From assembly GCA_002337455.1 (NCBI GenBank), contig DDGC01000006.1, positions 17,922 to 81,921 on the forward strand: a stretch of 64,000 bases of DNA. Direction: 5' to 3'. This DNA comes from Rhizobiales bacterium UBA1912. Its GTDB lineage: Bacteria; Pseudomonadota; Alphaproteobacteria; Rhizobiales; Devosiaceae. The notes under the pieces are model-generated. The model was not told the DNA's origin and did no database searches. It was given only the letters and a program-made list of their open reading frames with translations. Shown here piece by piece: positions 55,292-62,887 of the stretch. Each line of letters opens with the position of its first letter. The stretch's first letter is position 1. Made by a program: the position numbers and the translations under genes.

Positions 55292-55306
55292 GTTCTAATT
55301 TTGTTC
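55292..55306. promoter_or_regulatory. alphaproteobacterial LexA (SOS) box GTTC-N7-GTTC
   Basis: GTTCTAATTTTGTTC (reverse complement GAACAAAATTAGAAC, followed by A) in an AT-rich intergenic region 97 nt upstream of the 55403 start codon. Confidence 0.6.
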
Positions 55307-55402
55307 TTATTGGATCGGCTCGATCTTGCTGCCGGTCGCCAAATCAATTTTTCGCCCTTTTTCGGGCGGGACAGCGCGGGGCCGTTTTCGAGGGTGGCCA
55401 TG

Positions 55403-55744
55403 ATCAGATTTAAAGACAGCGTGGAAGCGGGCATCGGCGAGACGACGGCGAGTGTCCTTTGGGCCGGACGGTCCGGCCGGCGCTACCTTATGGAGCGCGA
55501 GAGAGAAGCCGGCGTCGCCATGGCGCCGAGCCGTCTTTATGCGCTCGAGGACAATGGGGTGATCGGCTGGGCCGGCACCGCCGAGGATCTTATCGGCGAT
55601 CACCGGGCGCGCGAGAAATTCCGCAGACTGAGTTCCGGTGGCGCGCGCATGCTGTCGCTTGCCGCTCCGAGCGATCCGTTGGCGGTGATGACGCTGGTCT
55701 GGGATCTCGAAGGCAGCCGCCGGGCGTTGGGCCGGGCGGCGTGA
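55403..55744 (+). CDS. hypothetical 113-aa protein downstream of an SOS box
   Basis: ATG preceded by GAGG. The composition is protein-like (MIRFKDSVEAGIGETTASVLWAGRSGRRYLMERE..). The overlapping antisense ORF is Arg-rich and was rejected. No recognised family. Confidence 0.55.
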   Translation: MRFKDSVEAGIGETTASVLWAGRSGRRYLMEREREAGVAMAPSRLYALEDNGVIGWAGTAEDLIGDHRAREKFRRLSSGGARMLSLAAPSDPLAVMTLVWDLEGSRRALGRAA

Positions 55745-56019
55745 CGGGTCAGATCGCCCGGCTGCGTCAGGTGGCGTGAATTTGGGCCGGCGGATTTTCA
55801 GGCGGTAGGTGTCGGTGGTGGGCCGCGCCGTGTGATCGAAGGCGATGCTTAGCCGGTTCATGACGGCTATTGAGCACACGTGTGGCAATTGGCGATCGAG
55901 AGAGGCTCTTTTTGCCCTGCGTGCCACCACATGTCGCGCCGGACCGTGGCCGGGCTGTCGGCATCAACACAAGAAGCCTGCATCGCGGACTGTTTCGACA
56001 CTATGGGACAGCTTGGCCA

Positions 56020-57054
56020 TTATTGTATGGTGCGGGCCTGAAGATCCAAGGCGATCGCAGGACCCGATCGATCATCGGCCAACGTTTGGTTCGGATCGGT
56101 TGAGAGAGAGACCGGCATCGCACGGAATCGCGTATTGCATTCGGTGTGGGCCGATGGGCCGGAAATAAGAAGACACCCCGACATTAGAAACGGTATTGGG
56201 CTGAGCAACGAGGTCCTTGCAGTTATGGCCGACCCTATAAACTCGCCATCTGCAGTCGCCAAAAATTCCGTTGCTTGGAAATCATATCCCACGCCGTCCA
56301 TGTCGTGGCTGGTCTCTCGCACCTCAATCACGTCAGAGCCTGCTTCCTGTATGGAAACCTGGACACAAAAACCAAACCGTTTGCCCTCTATGAATACGTC
56401 TTCGAGCGTCACGAGATGGTCGGTCTGAGGCAGGAGCCAATCGCTTGCACTGTCGCGGGCAAAATGGTCGCCTCTGTTGCATGGCAGGTTTCGCGTCTCG
56501 CGCCCGTACGGAGCCCTTTGTTCAATGATCGGCGTCCAGCGCGATGTCACATCGGCGGTGGGGCCAAGATAAGGTTCCGCATAGACTCCTTCGAGTTCAT
56601 ATTGCGCTGCCAGCATGCGATACCGGTACGGGACCATGACAGGACGGTCGCCCATGTCAGATGGTCGGGCTGTTTGCGCGTTTTCCGATTGCAGCCGTTG
56701 CTCAGTGGCCTGGAACTCCCAGCGTTCGGTTATCAGCACTGCGTAGTAGCCGCCGAAATAGAGAACCGGAAGGGCAATAAGCCAGCGCGGTATCCGGCCA
56801 AGCAAGGCCTCCAAGCCTATCGACAAGGCCAGAATATTGATGAGGGCGGCGCTCAACACGAATGCGCCCAGTATGGCTGCAATGGTTCCGATCAACGGAA
56901 ACCACAGAAGCCCCAACAGCAGAATAACGGCGATGCCAATCCAAAACGAGGCCGATTCACGTATCGGTTTTCTCGCTTTTTTGGTCACTTCGGTTTTGTC
57001 CGGAAGCTCCCAAGGTCTTTGGTGCCGGCCTTCGTTGCCCGGGTTAATACGCAT
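56020..57054 (-). CDS. hypothetical membrane protein (3-4 N-terminal TM helices plus a roughly 220-aa C-terminal domain)
   Basis: 344-aa ORF with no motif I recognise. G+C is slightly below the flanks (58-60% in two 60-nt samples). Confidence 0.6.
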   Translation of the reverse strand: MRINPGNEGRHQRPWELPDKTEVTKKARKPIRESASFWIGIAVILLLGLLWFPLIGTIAAILGAFVLSAALINILALSIGLEALLGRIPRWLIALPVLYFGGYYAVLITERWEFQATEQRLQSENAQTARPSDMGDRPVMVPYRYRMLAAQYELEGVYAEPYLGPTADVTSRWTPIIEQRAPYGRETRNLPCNRGDHFARDSASDWLLPQTDHLVTLEDVFIEGKRFGFCVQVSIQEAGSDVIEVRETSHDMDGVGYDFQATEFLATADGEFIGSAITARTSLLSPIPFLMSGCLLISGPSAHTECNTRFRAMPVSLSTDPNQTLADDRSGPAIALDLQARTIQ

Positions 57055-57296
57055 GTGTCACCGTGCTGAATACAACAGGCAGATTGCAAGGGCACAACGA
57101 ATGGGGGAAGCGCATATGACGGTAATGGTTAAGGGTGCAACGCGCCGAGATTGCCCACTGGCCCAGTTTCAACCCGAAGCCGACCTGATCGAGTCTCGCA
57201 GCGGCGCTGCAAGCAGCCGCACACGTGCAGTTTTGAGGCCCTTCGAATGATTGGCAGGTTCCCATTGACCTCCGATTTTGCTAAGCGACGTGCCGT

Positions 57297-57373
57297 GGTC
57301 CCGTAGCTCAGCAGGATAGAGCATCAGATTCCTAATCTGAGGGTCAGTGGTTCGAATCCACTCGGGATCACCA
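57297..57373 (+). tRNA. tRNA-Arg (anticodon CCT)
   Basis: GGTCCCGTAGCTCAGCAGGATAGAGCATCAGATTCCTAATCTGAGGGTCAGTGGTTCGAATCCACTCGGGATCACCA. Cloverleaf with anticodon loop TTCCTAA and encoded CCA. Confidence 0.95.
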
Positions 57374-57475
57374 TTTTCTGCCTCGCGGCCGCGGTCGCGG
57401 CCTTTAGCCGACTTGTCCGGGTTTTGCGGGTTCTCCGCTTGCCGTCATCACTTGCTCTGTCTTTGGAGACGCCCC

Positions 57476-57631
57476 ATGTCCGCCCCGGCCCTCGCCAAAC
57501 TGACCCGCGCCATTGAGGAGCTCGAGCGTACGGTGGCGGTCAACAGCTATACCGCCGCCCAGCGCATCGCGCTCAAATCCGAGCTTGAAACCCATATCCA
57601 GCGGATCGACGAGTTGCGGCAGGGGCTTTAG
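57476..57631 (+). CDS. hypothetical 51-aa coiled-coil-like protein
   Basis: MSAPALAKLTRAIEELERTVAVNSYTAAQRIALKSELETHIQRIDELRQGL. GGAGAC lies 5 nt upstream of the ATG, and the heptad-like pattern is clear. Confidence 0.5.
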   Translation: MSAPALAKLTRAIEELERTVAVNSYTAAQRIALKSELETHIQRIDELRQGL

Positions 57632-57782
57632 CACCCGCGCGCGAGCCGTCTGGCTTAGGGGCGCGCTTGGAAGTCGACATCTGCATAAGGTGGTGCCCAA
57701 GCAACCTCCGCCACACCGGCCTTGAGCCGGGGGACCAGTACACTGGGTATCTGGGATGGAGCCGCGGCGCTGCCGGCTACTG

Positions 57783-57807
57783 GATCCCGGGTCGAGCCCG
57801 GGATGAC
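57783..57807 (-). repeat. inverted copy of the GTCATCCCGGGC...CCCGGGATC hairpin repeat
   Basis: The reverse complement GTCATCCCGGGCTCGACCCGGGATC matches 42864-42889 at 21 of about 25 positions. Confidence 0.6.
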
Positions 57808-57815
57808 GATGGTGA

Positions 57816-57841
57816 GGGGCCGCTTTGCGGCCCCTTTTTTT
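57816..57841 (+). terminator. strong intrinsic terminator (plus-strand polarity)
   Basis: GGGGCCGC-ttt-GCGGCCCC followed by TTTTTTT. Confidence 0.8.
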
Positions 57842-57868
57842 CGCATGCAGGTCAAATGTCGATTTGGA

Positions 57869-58324
57869 TTAGGGCGCGACGACTTCAAACTCGAAGCTTT
57901 CGCGGAGCCAGTCTTTGACTGAGATGTCGATCCGGTGCTGACCGAGGGGATCGCCTTCGACGAGGCACCAGCGGGAGCCGACCCGGCCGTCGTCGGGCGT
58001 CAGGATGCGGTCGGTCTTTGCCGCTGTGCTGTCTGGCGAAACTGTGCTGCCGGGCGCGCCCCAGCTTCCGGCCGGGCCGGGGAGCTGCAGGGTTTCGCGC
58101 AGCGCCAGGAAATCGGGTGCGTTCTCGATCTCGAGGATCCAGCCGAAACAGGCCCGGCCCGGAAGATACGGCACCGTCGTTGTGGACCGCGAAAGTTCGG
58201 TTCCGTCCTTCTGCGCGATCCAGACGACGAAATCGGTGCCGATGACGCGCGGCTCGCCGGCTGCCAATGCCGGGGCCGACGCCGCCAGCAGGAGAAGGGC
58301 GGCAAGGGAGAGTTTTGGACCCAT
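57869..58324 (-). CDS. hypothetical secreted protein
   Basis: MGPKLSLAALLLLAASAPALAAGEP.. signal peptide. RBS GGAAGGAAAAG. The 283-aa track ORF is an upstream run-on into gloB. Confidence 0.6.
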   Translation of the reverse strand: MGPKLSLAALLLLAASAPALAAGEPRVIGTDFVVWIAQKDGTELSRSTTTVPYLPGRACFGWILEIENAPDFLALRETLQLPGPAGSWGAPGSTVSPDSTAAKTDRILTPDDGRVGSRWCLVEGDPLGQHRIDISVKDWLRESFEFEVVAP

Positions 58325-58367
58325 TGGTGCTTTTCCTTCCGGCGCGTGGCGGCGAGCCGATCGCCGC

Positions 58368-59135
58368 CTAGAAGTTATCCTTGGCCTTGCGGATGGCGCC
58401 GAAGATCTGCCAGGCGGGCGCATCTTCGTGATCCATGGCACGGGCCATCTCGGGCGTATCGGCGCGCAGGAAGGGGTTGGCGGCGAAATCTTCGCCCAGA
58501 TTGAAGGGAATGGTGGGCTGACCCGCATCGATCTGGGCCTGGGCCTGTTCGGCGCGGGCCTTGAGTGCAGCGTTGTCCGGGTCGATCGAGAGGGCGAATT
58601 TGGCATTGGCGAGGGTATATTCATGGCCGCAATAAACCATGGTTTCCGGCGGTAGTGCCTTGAGGCGTTCAAGGCCCGCCCACATCGAATGGGCATCGCC
58701 CTCGAACATGCGGCCAACACCCATCGAGAACAGGGCGTCGGCGGAAAACAGCACTTTTTCCTCGGGCGCGAAAAACGCTATGTGGCCCAGCGTGTGGCCG
58801 GGCACGTCGATAACTTCGAAAACCGTTTCACCCAGGGTTACCGTATCGCCGCCGCCCACAAGCGTATCGAGACCGGCGATCTTGCCGGCTTCGTCTTTGG
58901 GGCCGATGACGTTGCAATCGAAGCGGCGTTTGAGCGGCGCTATGGCGTCGGTGTGGTCGGGGTGATGGTGGGTAATGAAAATGTCTGTCAGCGCCCAGCC
59001 GCGCTTGTCGAGCTCGGCGATTATGGGGGCTTCTTCGGGGGCATCGATGGCGGCGACGCGGCCTGACGCGTCATCGCGGACGAGATAGCCGAAATTGTCA
59101 CTTCGGGCAGGGAAGACGGCGATTTCGAGGGACAT
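58368..59135 (-). CDS. gloB: hydroxyacylglutathione hydrolase (glyoxalase II)
   Basis: MSLEIAVFPARSDNFGYLV.., metal motif ..THHHPDHTD.., ..VPGHTLGHI... Length 255 aa. Confidence 0.92.
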   Translation of the reverse strand: MSLEIAVFPARSDNFGYLVRDDASGRVAAIDAPEEAPIIAELDKRGWALTDIFITHHHPDHTDAIAPLKRRFDCNVIGPKDEAGKIAGLDTLVGGGDTVTLGETVFEVIDVPGHTLGHIAFFAPEEKVLFSADALFSMGVGRMFEGDAHSMWAGLERLKALPPETMVYCGHEYTLANAKFALSIDPDNAALKARAEQAQAQIDAGQPTIPFNLGEDFAANPFLRADTPEMARAMDHEDAPAWQIFGAIRKAKDNF

Positions 59136-59293
59136 GAGCGAGGCCTCCGGTTTTGATTTTGCGGCGAGGGTAGGGCGGGTGCCAGTCACATGCAAGACAA
59201 CATCGGGGGTTTGCCATGCCGTGTTTGACCTGGACGGGCAAACCGCCCACATAGGACAATTGTGTTTGCATGTGGCGCGAGTGAACAAAACCG

Positions 59294-60028
59294 ATGACAC
59301 CTGACGTTGACGGTCTGATCCGCTTTTACAAATCGCCGTTGGGCCGGCTGACACGGCAATCGATCCGCCAGCAGGTGAGCGCGCTTGCGGGCGACGTCAC
59401 GGGCTTGCGGCTGTTGGGGCTGGGGTTTGCCACGCCCTATCTGCGCGGTGCCCTTAAAGGGGCCGAGCGGGTTCTGGCCTTCATGCCGGCGCGGCAGGGG
59501 GCTTCGAGCTGGCCGCGCGAGGGGCCTTCGCACACTGTGCTGTGCGATCCGCTGGAAATGCCGCTGACCGATGCGGCAATGGATATGGTGATCGTCATTC
59601 ACGGGTTCGAGCACGTTGTGGACCCCGAAGACATGATGCGCGAGTTGTGGCGGATCTGCGCGCCCAATGCGCAGGTGATCATCGTCGTGCCGCGGCGCCG
59701 CGGGCTGTGGGCGGGGCTGGACACCAACCCGTTCGGCTATGGCCAGCCCTATTCGCGCGGGCAGATGGACAAGCTGTTGCGCGATCATTCGTTTACGCCC
59801 GAGGTCTGGCGCGACGAGCTGTTTTTCCCGCCCATTCATTCGGGGCCAATCCTGCGCTCGGCGCGGATGATCGAAAAGGCATCGAAAATGTTCGGGCCGA
59901 CCTTTGCCGGGGCGATGTGCGTGCGCGCGAAAAAGGAACAGTTTCCCGCCATCGCGCGCCGCAGACGGGTGGAAAAGGCGCTCGGGGCGCCCGAGCTCAG
60001 CCCGCAGACGGCGCGCGAGGGGTTTTAG
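59294..60028 (+). CDS. class I SAM-dependent methyltransferase
   Basis: ..LRLLGLGFATPYL.. and ..MDMVIVIHGFEHVVDPEDMMRELWRICAPNAQVIIVVP... Divergent from gloB, as in many Rhizobiales. Confidence 0.75.
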   Translation: MTPDVDGLIRFYKSPLGRLTRQSIRQQVSALAGDVTGLRLLGLGFATPYLRGALKGAERVLAFMPARQGASSWPREGPSHTVLCDPLEMPLTDAAMDMVIVIHGFEHVVDPEDMMRELWRICAPNAQVIIVVPRRRGLWAGLDTNPFGYGQPYSRGQMDKLLRDHSFTPEVWRDELFFPPIHSGPILRSARMIEKASKMFGPTFAGAMCVRAKKEQFPAIARRRRVEKALGAPELSPQTAREGF

Positions 60029-60029
60029 A

Positions 60030-61280
60030 TCATTTCATCGTTTCACGGAAACGGCGCTGCAAGAACCGTTTCTCGGCCTCTGACGACGACAGCCCGATGG
60101 CGCGCTGGTAGGACAGACAGGCGGCGGCGCGATCGCCCAGCCGGGACAAAATATCGGCTCGGACGGCGTGATAGGGCTGGTAGCCGGCCAGAGGCTGCGC
60201 CAATGCATCCAGGGTCATCATCGCGATGTCTGCGCCCTGGCTGTAGGAGATCGCCACGATCCGGTTGAGTTCGAAGACCGGGTTGGGCCGAAAGGCGAAC
60301 AGGCCCTGATAGAGAAGGGCGATCTGCGCCCAGTCGGTTTGCATAAAGGTCGGGCTTTCGGCATGAAGGGCAGCAATGGAAGCCTGCAACTGATACGGAC
60401 CCACAGCCTTGCGGGCCAGGGCCTGCTGAACCAGTTTCAGTCCTTGCGCGATCCGCTCGCGGTCCCATCCAGAGCGATCCTGATCCTCAAGCGAGACCAT
60501 TTCGCCGGCTTTGGTAAGGCGCGTGCCGGTGCGGGCGGCGTGCAAAAGCATGAGGGCCGCAAGGCCTTCAATTTCCGGCTGGTCGGGCAGCAGGTTCGCC
60601 AGGATCGCGGCGAGGCGAATGGCCTCCTCGCAGAGGTCGGCCCGGAACAATTGTCCATCATTGGCCGAGTGACCCTCGGTGAAGATCAGGTAGATGACAG
60701 CCAGCACCGCATCGAGGCGTTCCGCCATGGCGTCGGGCTGCGGCACCTCGAAAGGGATTTTCGACTGGGCAATCTTGTGCCGGGCCCTGACTAGTCTTTG
60801 AGCCATGGCGTCGTTGGAGACAATGAAGGCCCGGGCGATCTCTGGCGTGGTCAGTCCGGCCACCGAGCGCAGCGTCAACGCGACGCTGGTCATGGCATCG
60901 AGGGAGGGATGGCAGCAGGTAAAGATCAGCCGAAGCCGGTCGTCGGAAATGGCGTCGTCTTCAGCAATATTGTCATCGGCGCGGATGATCTGCTCGACGA
61001 GTGCGATCTGTGGTGCCTTGGCCCGAAAATTGGCGTCGCGGCGCAGCCTGTCCAGGGCCTTGCGCCGCGCCGTCTGCATCAGCCATGCAGCAGGGGTGGT
61101 GGGCAGTCCGTTGCGCGTCCAGTGAACCAGCGCCGATTCCAGAGCGTCCTGCAGGCTGTCCTGGGCAAGCTGGAAGTCACCCAGATTGGCGACGAGGCCG
61201 GAGAGCAGCCGTCCGCCATCGTCGCGCATGAGCGCGGCGATGGCGTTCCGGATAGCGGCCTCGTCGACACCACTCGTCAT
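60030..61280 (-). CDS. ECF-type RNA polymerase sigma factor with a long C-terminal TPR-like extension (ECF42-like)
   Basis: Sigma-2/sigma-4 regions (..DALESALVHW.., ..LTLRSVAGLTTPEIARAFIVSNDAMAQRLVRARHKI..) plus about 200 extra C-terminal residues. Translationally coupled to an upstream YciI-like gene. Confidence 0.8.
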   Translation of the reverse strand: MTSGVDEAAIRNAIAALMRDDGGRLLSGLVANLGDFQLAQDSLQDALESALVHWTRNGLPTTPAAWLMQTARRKALDRLRRDANFRAKAPQIALVEQIIRADDNIAEDDAISDDRLRLIFTCCHPSLDAMTSVALTLRSVAGLTTPEIARAFIVSNDAMAQRLVRARHKIAQSKIPFEVPQPDAMAERLDAVLAVIYLIFTEGHSANDGQLFRADLCEEAIRLAAILANLLPDQPEIEGLAALMLLHAARTGTRLTKAGEMVSLEDQDRSGWDRERIAQGLKLVQQALARKAVGPYQLQASIAALHAESPTFMQTDWAQIALLYQGLFAFRPNPVFELNRIVAISYSQGADIAMMTLDALAQPLAGYQPYHAVRADILSRLGDRAAACLSYQRAIGLSSSEAEKRFLQRRFRETMK

Positions 61281-61633
61281 CAGCGGCCATAGTCCTCAAT
61301 GGGACGAATTTCGACGGCTCCGTGCTGTGCCGCCGGAATGAGCGCTGCATATTTGAGCGCCTCGTCCAGGTTTTCACAGTCGAACACATAGAACCCGCCG
61401 AGCTGCTCCTTGGATTCAACGAAAGGGCCGTCCATCGTTTCGGCCTTGCCGCCGCGGACGCGCAACGTTGTTGCGGTGGATGTCGACTTCAGCGCTTCGC
61501 CGATCACCAGGACGCCGTCTTTGGCGTAGCGTTCATTGGCGGTCTGGTAGGATGCCATGAAGGCGCCGAACTCGGGCGAGGTGAAGGCCGGCGCGGCGGC
61601 GGGATCAGAATAGATCAGGGCAATGTACTTCAT
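61280..61633 (-). CDS. YciI/DGPF-family protein
   Basis: MKYIALIYSD.. and ..DGPFVESKEQLGGFYVFDCENLDEALKYA.. are the YCII-related signature. RBS AAAGGAGAAA. Confidence 0.85.
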   Translation of the reverse strand: MKYIALIYSDPAAAPAFTSPEFGAFMASYQTANERYAKDGVLVIGEALKSTSTATTLRVRGGKAETMDGPFVESKEQLGGFYVFDCENLDEALKYAALIPAAQHGAVEIRPIEDYGR

Positions 61634-61684
61634 TGGGGTTTCTCCTTTGGGATGAGTTTGGACGGAATTGGCCCTGCCGCAAGT

Positions 61685-62071
61685 CTATAATTGCGACCAG
61701 AGCAGGTAGGTGGCTGAGGCCAAAAGCATGAGTTGGGTGCCCACGCCGCCGGCAATGCGCAACGGCTGCATGGGGTTTGCTGCATCAAGGCCGATGGCAT
61801 GAACGATGCGCGATGCCACGAGCACCAGTCCGAGAGCGTGAAGCCCCCAGCCTGGCATGCCCCTGGCCTCGCAAAGTGCAAGCAGGAGGAGGGCCAGAGC
61901 GGCATTTTCGACAAGGTTGCCGTGCCGCCGAATGGCGAGCGCGAGACGCTGGTCGTCGCCGTGATGAACCGAGATGCCCGTTCGTCCGCGGTTCGCGCTG
62001 ACGATATTGCTCAGAACGAGCACGCCGACCGCGATGATGGCGGCGTAAATGGCAGAAATCTGGAAAAGCAT
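61685..62071 (-). CDS. MAPEG-family membrane protein
   Basis: 128 aa with ..RRHGNLVENAALALLLL.. and ..SRIVHAIG... Start at MLFQISAIY (62071). Confidence 0.75.
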   Translation of the reverse strand: MLFQISAIYAAIIAVGVLVLSNIVSANRGRTGISVHHGDDQRLALAIRRHGNLVENAALALLLLALCEARGMPGWGLHALGLVLVASRIVHAIGLDAANPMQPLRIAGGVGTQLMLLASATYLLWSQL

Positions 62072-62264
62072 GATGCCCTCGCTGTTGATGGTGCGAGGCA
62101 TTGACGAACGGAAGACGGCAAATCGACTCCGCTTTGAAAAAAATTCCTGGAATTGCAGATTTCGAGCGCGGGTTGCCGGCCATGGCGAGTTCCGCACACA
62201 TCAGGGGCGAATGCGGACGGGAGTGGTGCTGGGTAGAGCCAGTACCAGAAAGCTACGAAAATAC

Positions 62265-62293
62265 TTGCTGACCGATCGATCGGTCAGTATAAG
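62265..62293 (+). promoter_or_regulatory. tetR promoter with an embedded perfect 20-bp palindromic operator
   Basis: TTGCTG (-35, 62265-70), 17-nt spacer, TATAAG (-10, 62288-93). The palindrome CTGACCGATC|GATCGGTCAG (62268-62287) fills the spacer. AAGGAGGA/GAGGA RBS precedes ATG 62315. Confidence 0.65.
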
Positions 62294-62314
62294 GAGGAAA
62301 AGAGGACGTGGAAG

Positions 62315-62884
62315 ATGGCAAGGGCCAGCAAGCGGGATGAGATTGTTGCGGCGGCGGTGCGTGTTTTGGCGCGCGAGGGGGCTGCGGGGCTGACGGCGGC
62401 GGGGCTGGCGCGGGAGGCGGGGGTGAGCAAGGCCAATGTCTTCCACCATTTCGAAACGCTCAACGCCGTGGTGCTGGCGGCGTTCGAGGTGTTTTTGCTG
62501 GGCATGGACACCATGGCGCCCGAGCCTGGGACGGGCCTGCGTGACTGGCTGCTGGCGCTGGGCGCAGAAACCATAGCGCAGATGGATGAGGACCCGGCGC
62601 TGGCGGGGGCCTATTTCGCCTTTGCGGCGCGGGCCCAGGCCGATCCCGACCTGCGCGAGCGGCTGGCGCAACTGGCGCAGACCGTTGAGGATCATTTCGT
62701 GGCGAGCCTCGAGATGCTGGCGCCTGACGATTTTACCGCCACCGAGCGGCGCGACCTTGCGGCGCTCATCCTGATGACCGGGGACGGGCTGGCCATGCAC
62801 AGGCAGCTTTTTCCCGAGCGGGGCGAAAGCCAGGCGGCCGGATGGCGCGCCTTTGTCGACAGTATCGTACCGAAAGGACAGTGA
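62315..62884 (+). CDS. TetR-family transcriptional regulator
   Basis: ..RDEIVAAAVRVLAREGAAGLTAAGLAREAGVSKANVFHHFET.. (TetR HTH). Confidence 0.9.
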   Translation: MARASKRDEIVAAAVRVLAREGAAGLTAAGLAREAGVSKANVFHHFETLNAVVLAAFEVFLLGMDTMAPEPGTGLRDWLLALGAETIAQMDEDPALAGAYFAFAARAQADPDLRERLAQLAQTVEDHFVASLEMLAPDDFTATERRDLAALILMTGDGLAMHRQLFPERGESQAAGWRAFVDSIVPKGQ

Positions 62885-62887
62885 GCG

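Noticed and set aside
55307-55930. 207-aa minus-strand ORF overlapping the 113-aa SOS-box gene
   Set aside because: It is very Arg/Pro/Ala-rich and has no RBS. I prefer the plus-strand frame, but this is the least certain strand choice in the window.
57118-57250. 44-codon plus-strand ORF just upstream of tRNA-Arg
   Set aside because: It has no RBS and an Arg/Ser/Ala-rich composition, and it lies in the tRNA promoter region.
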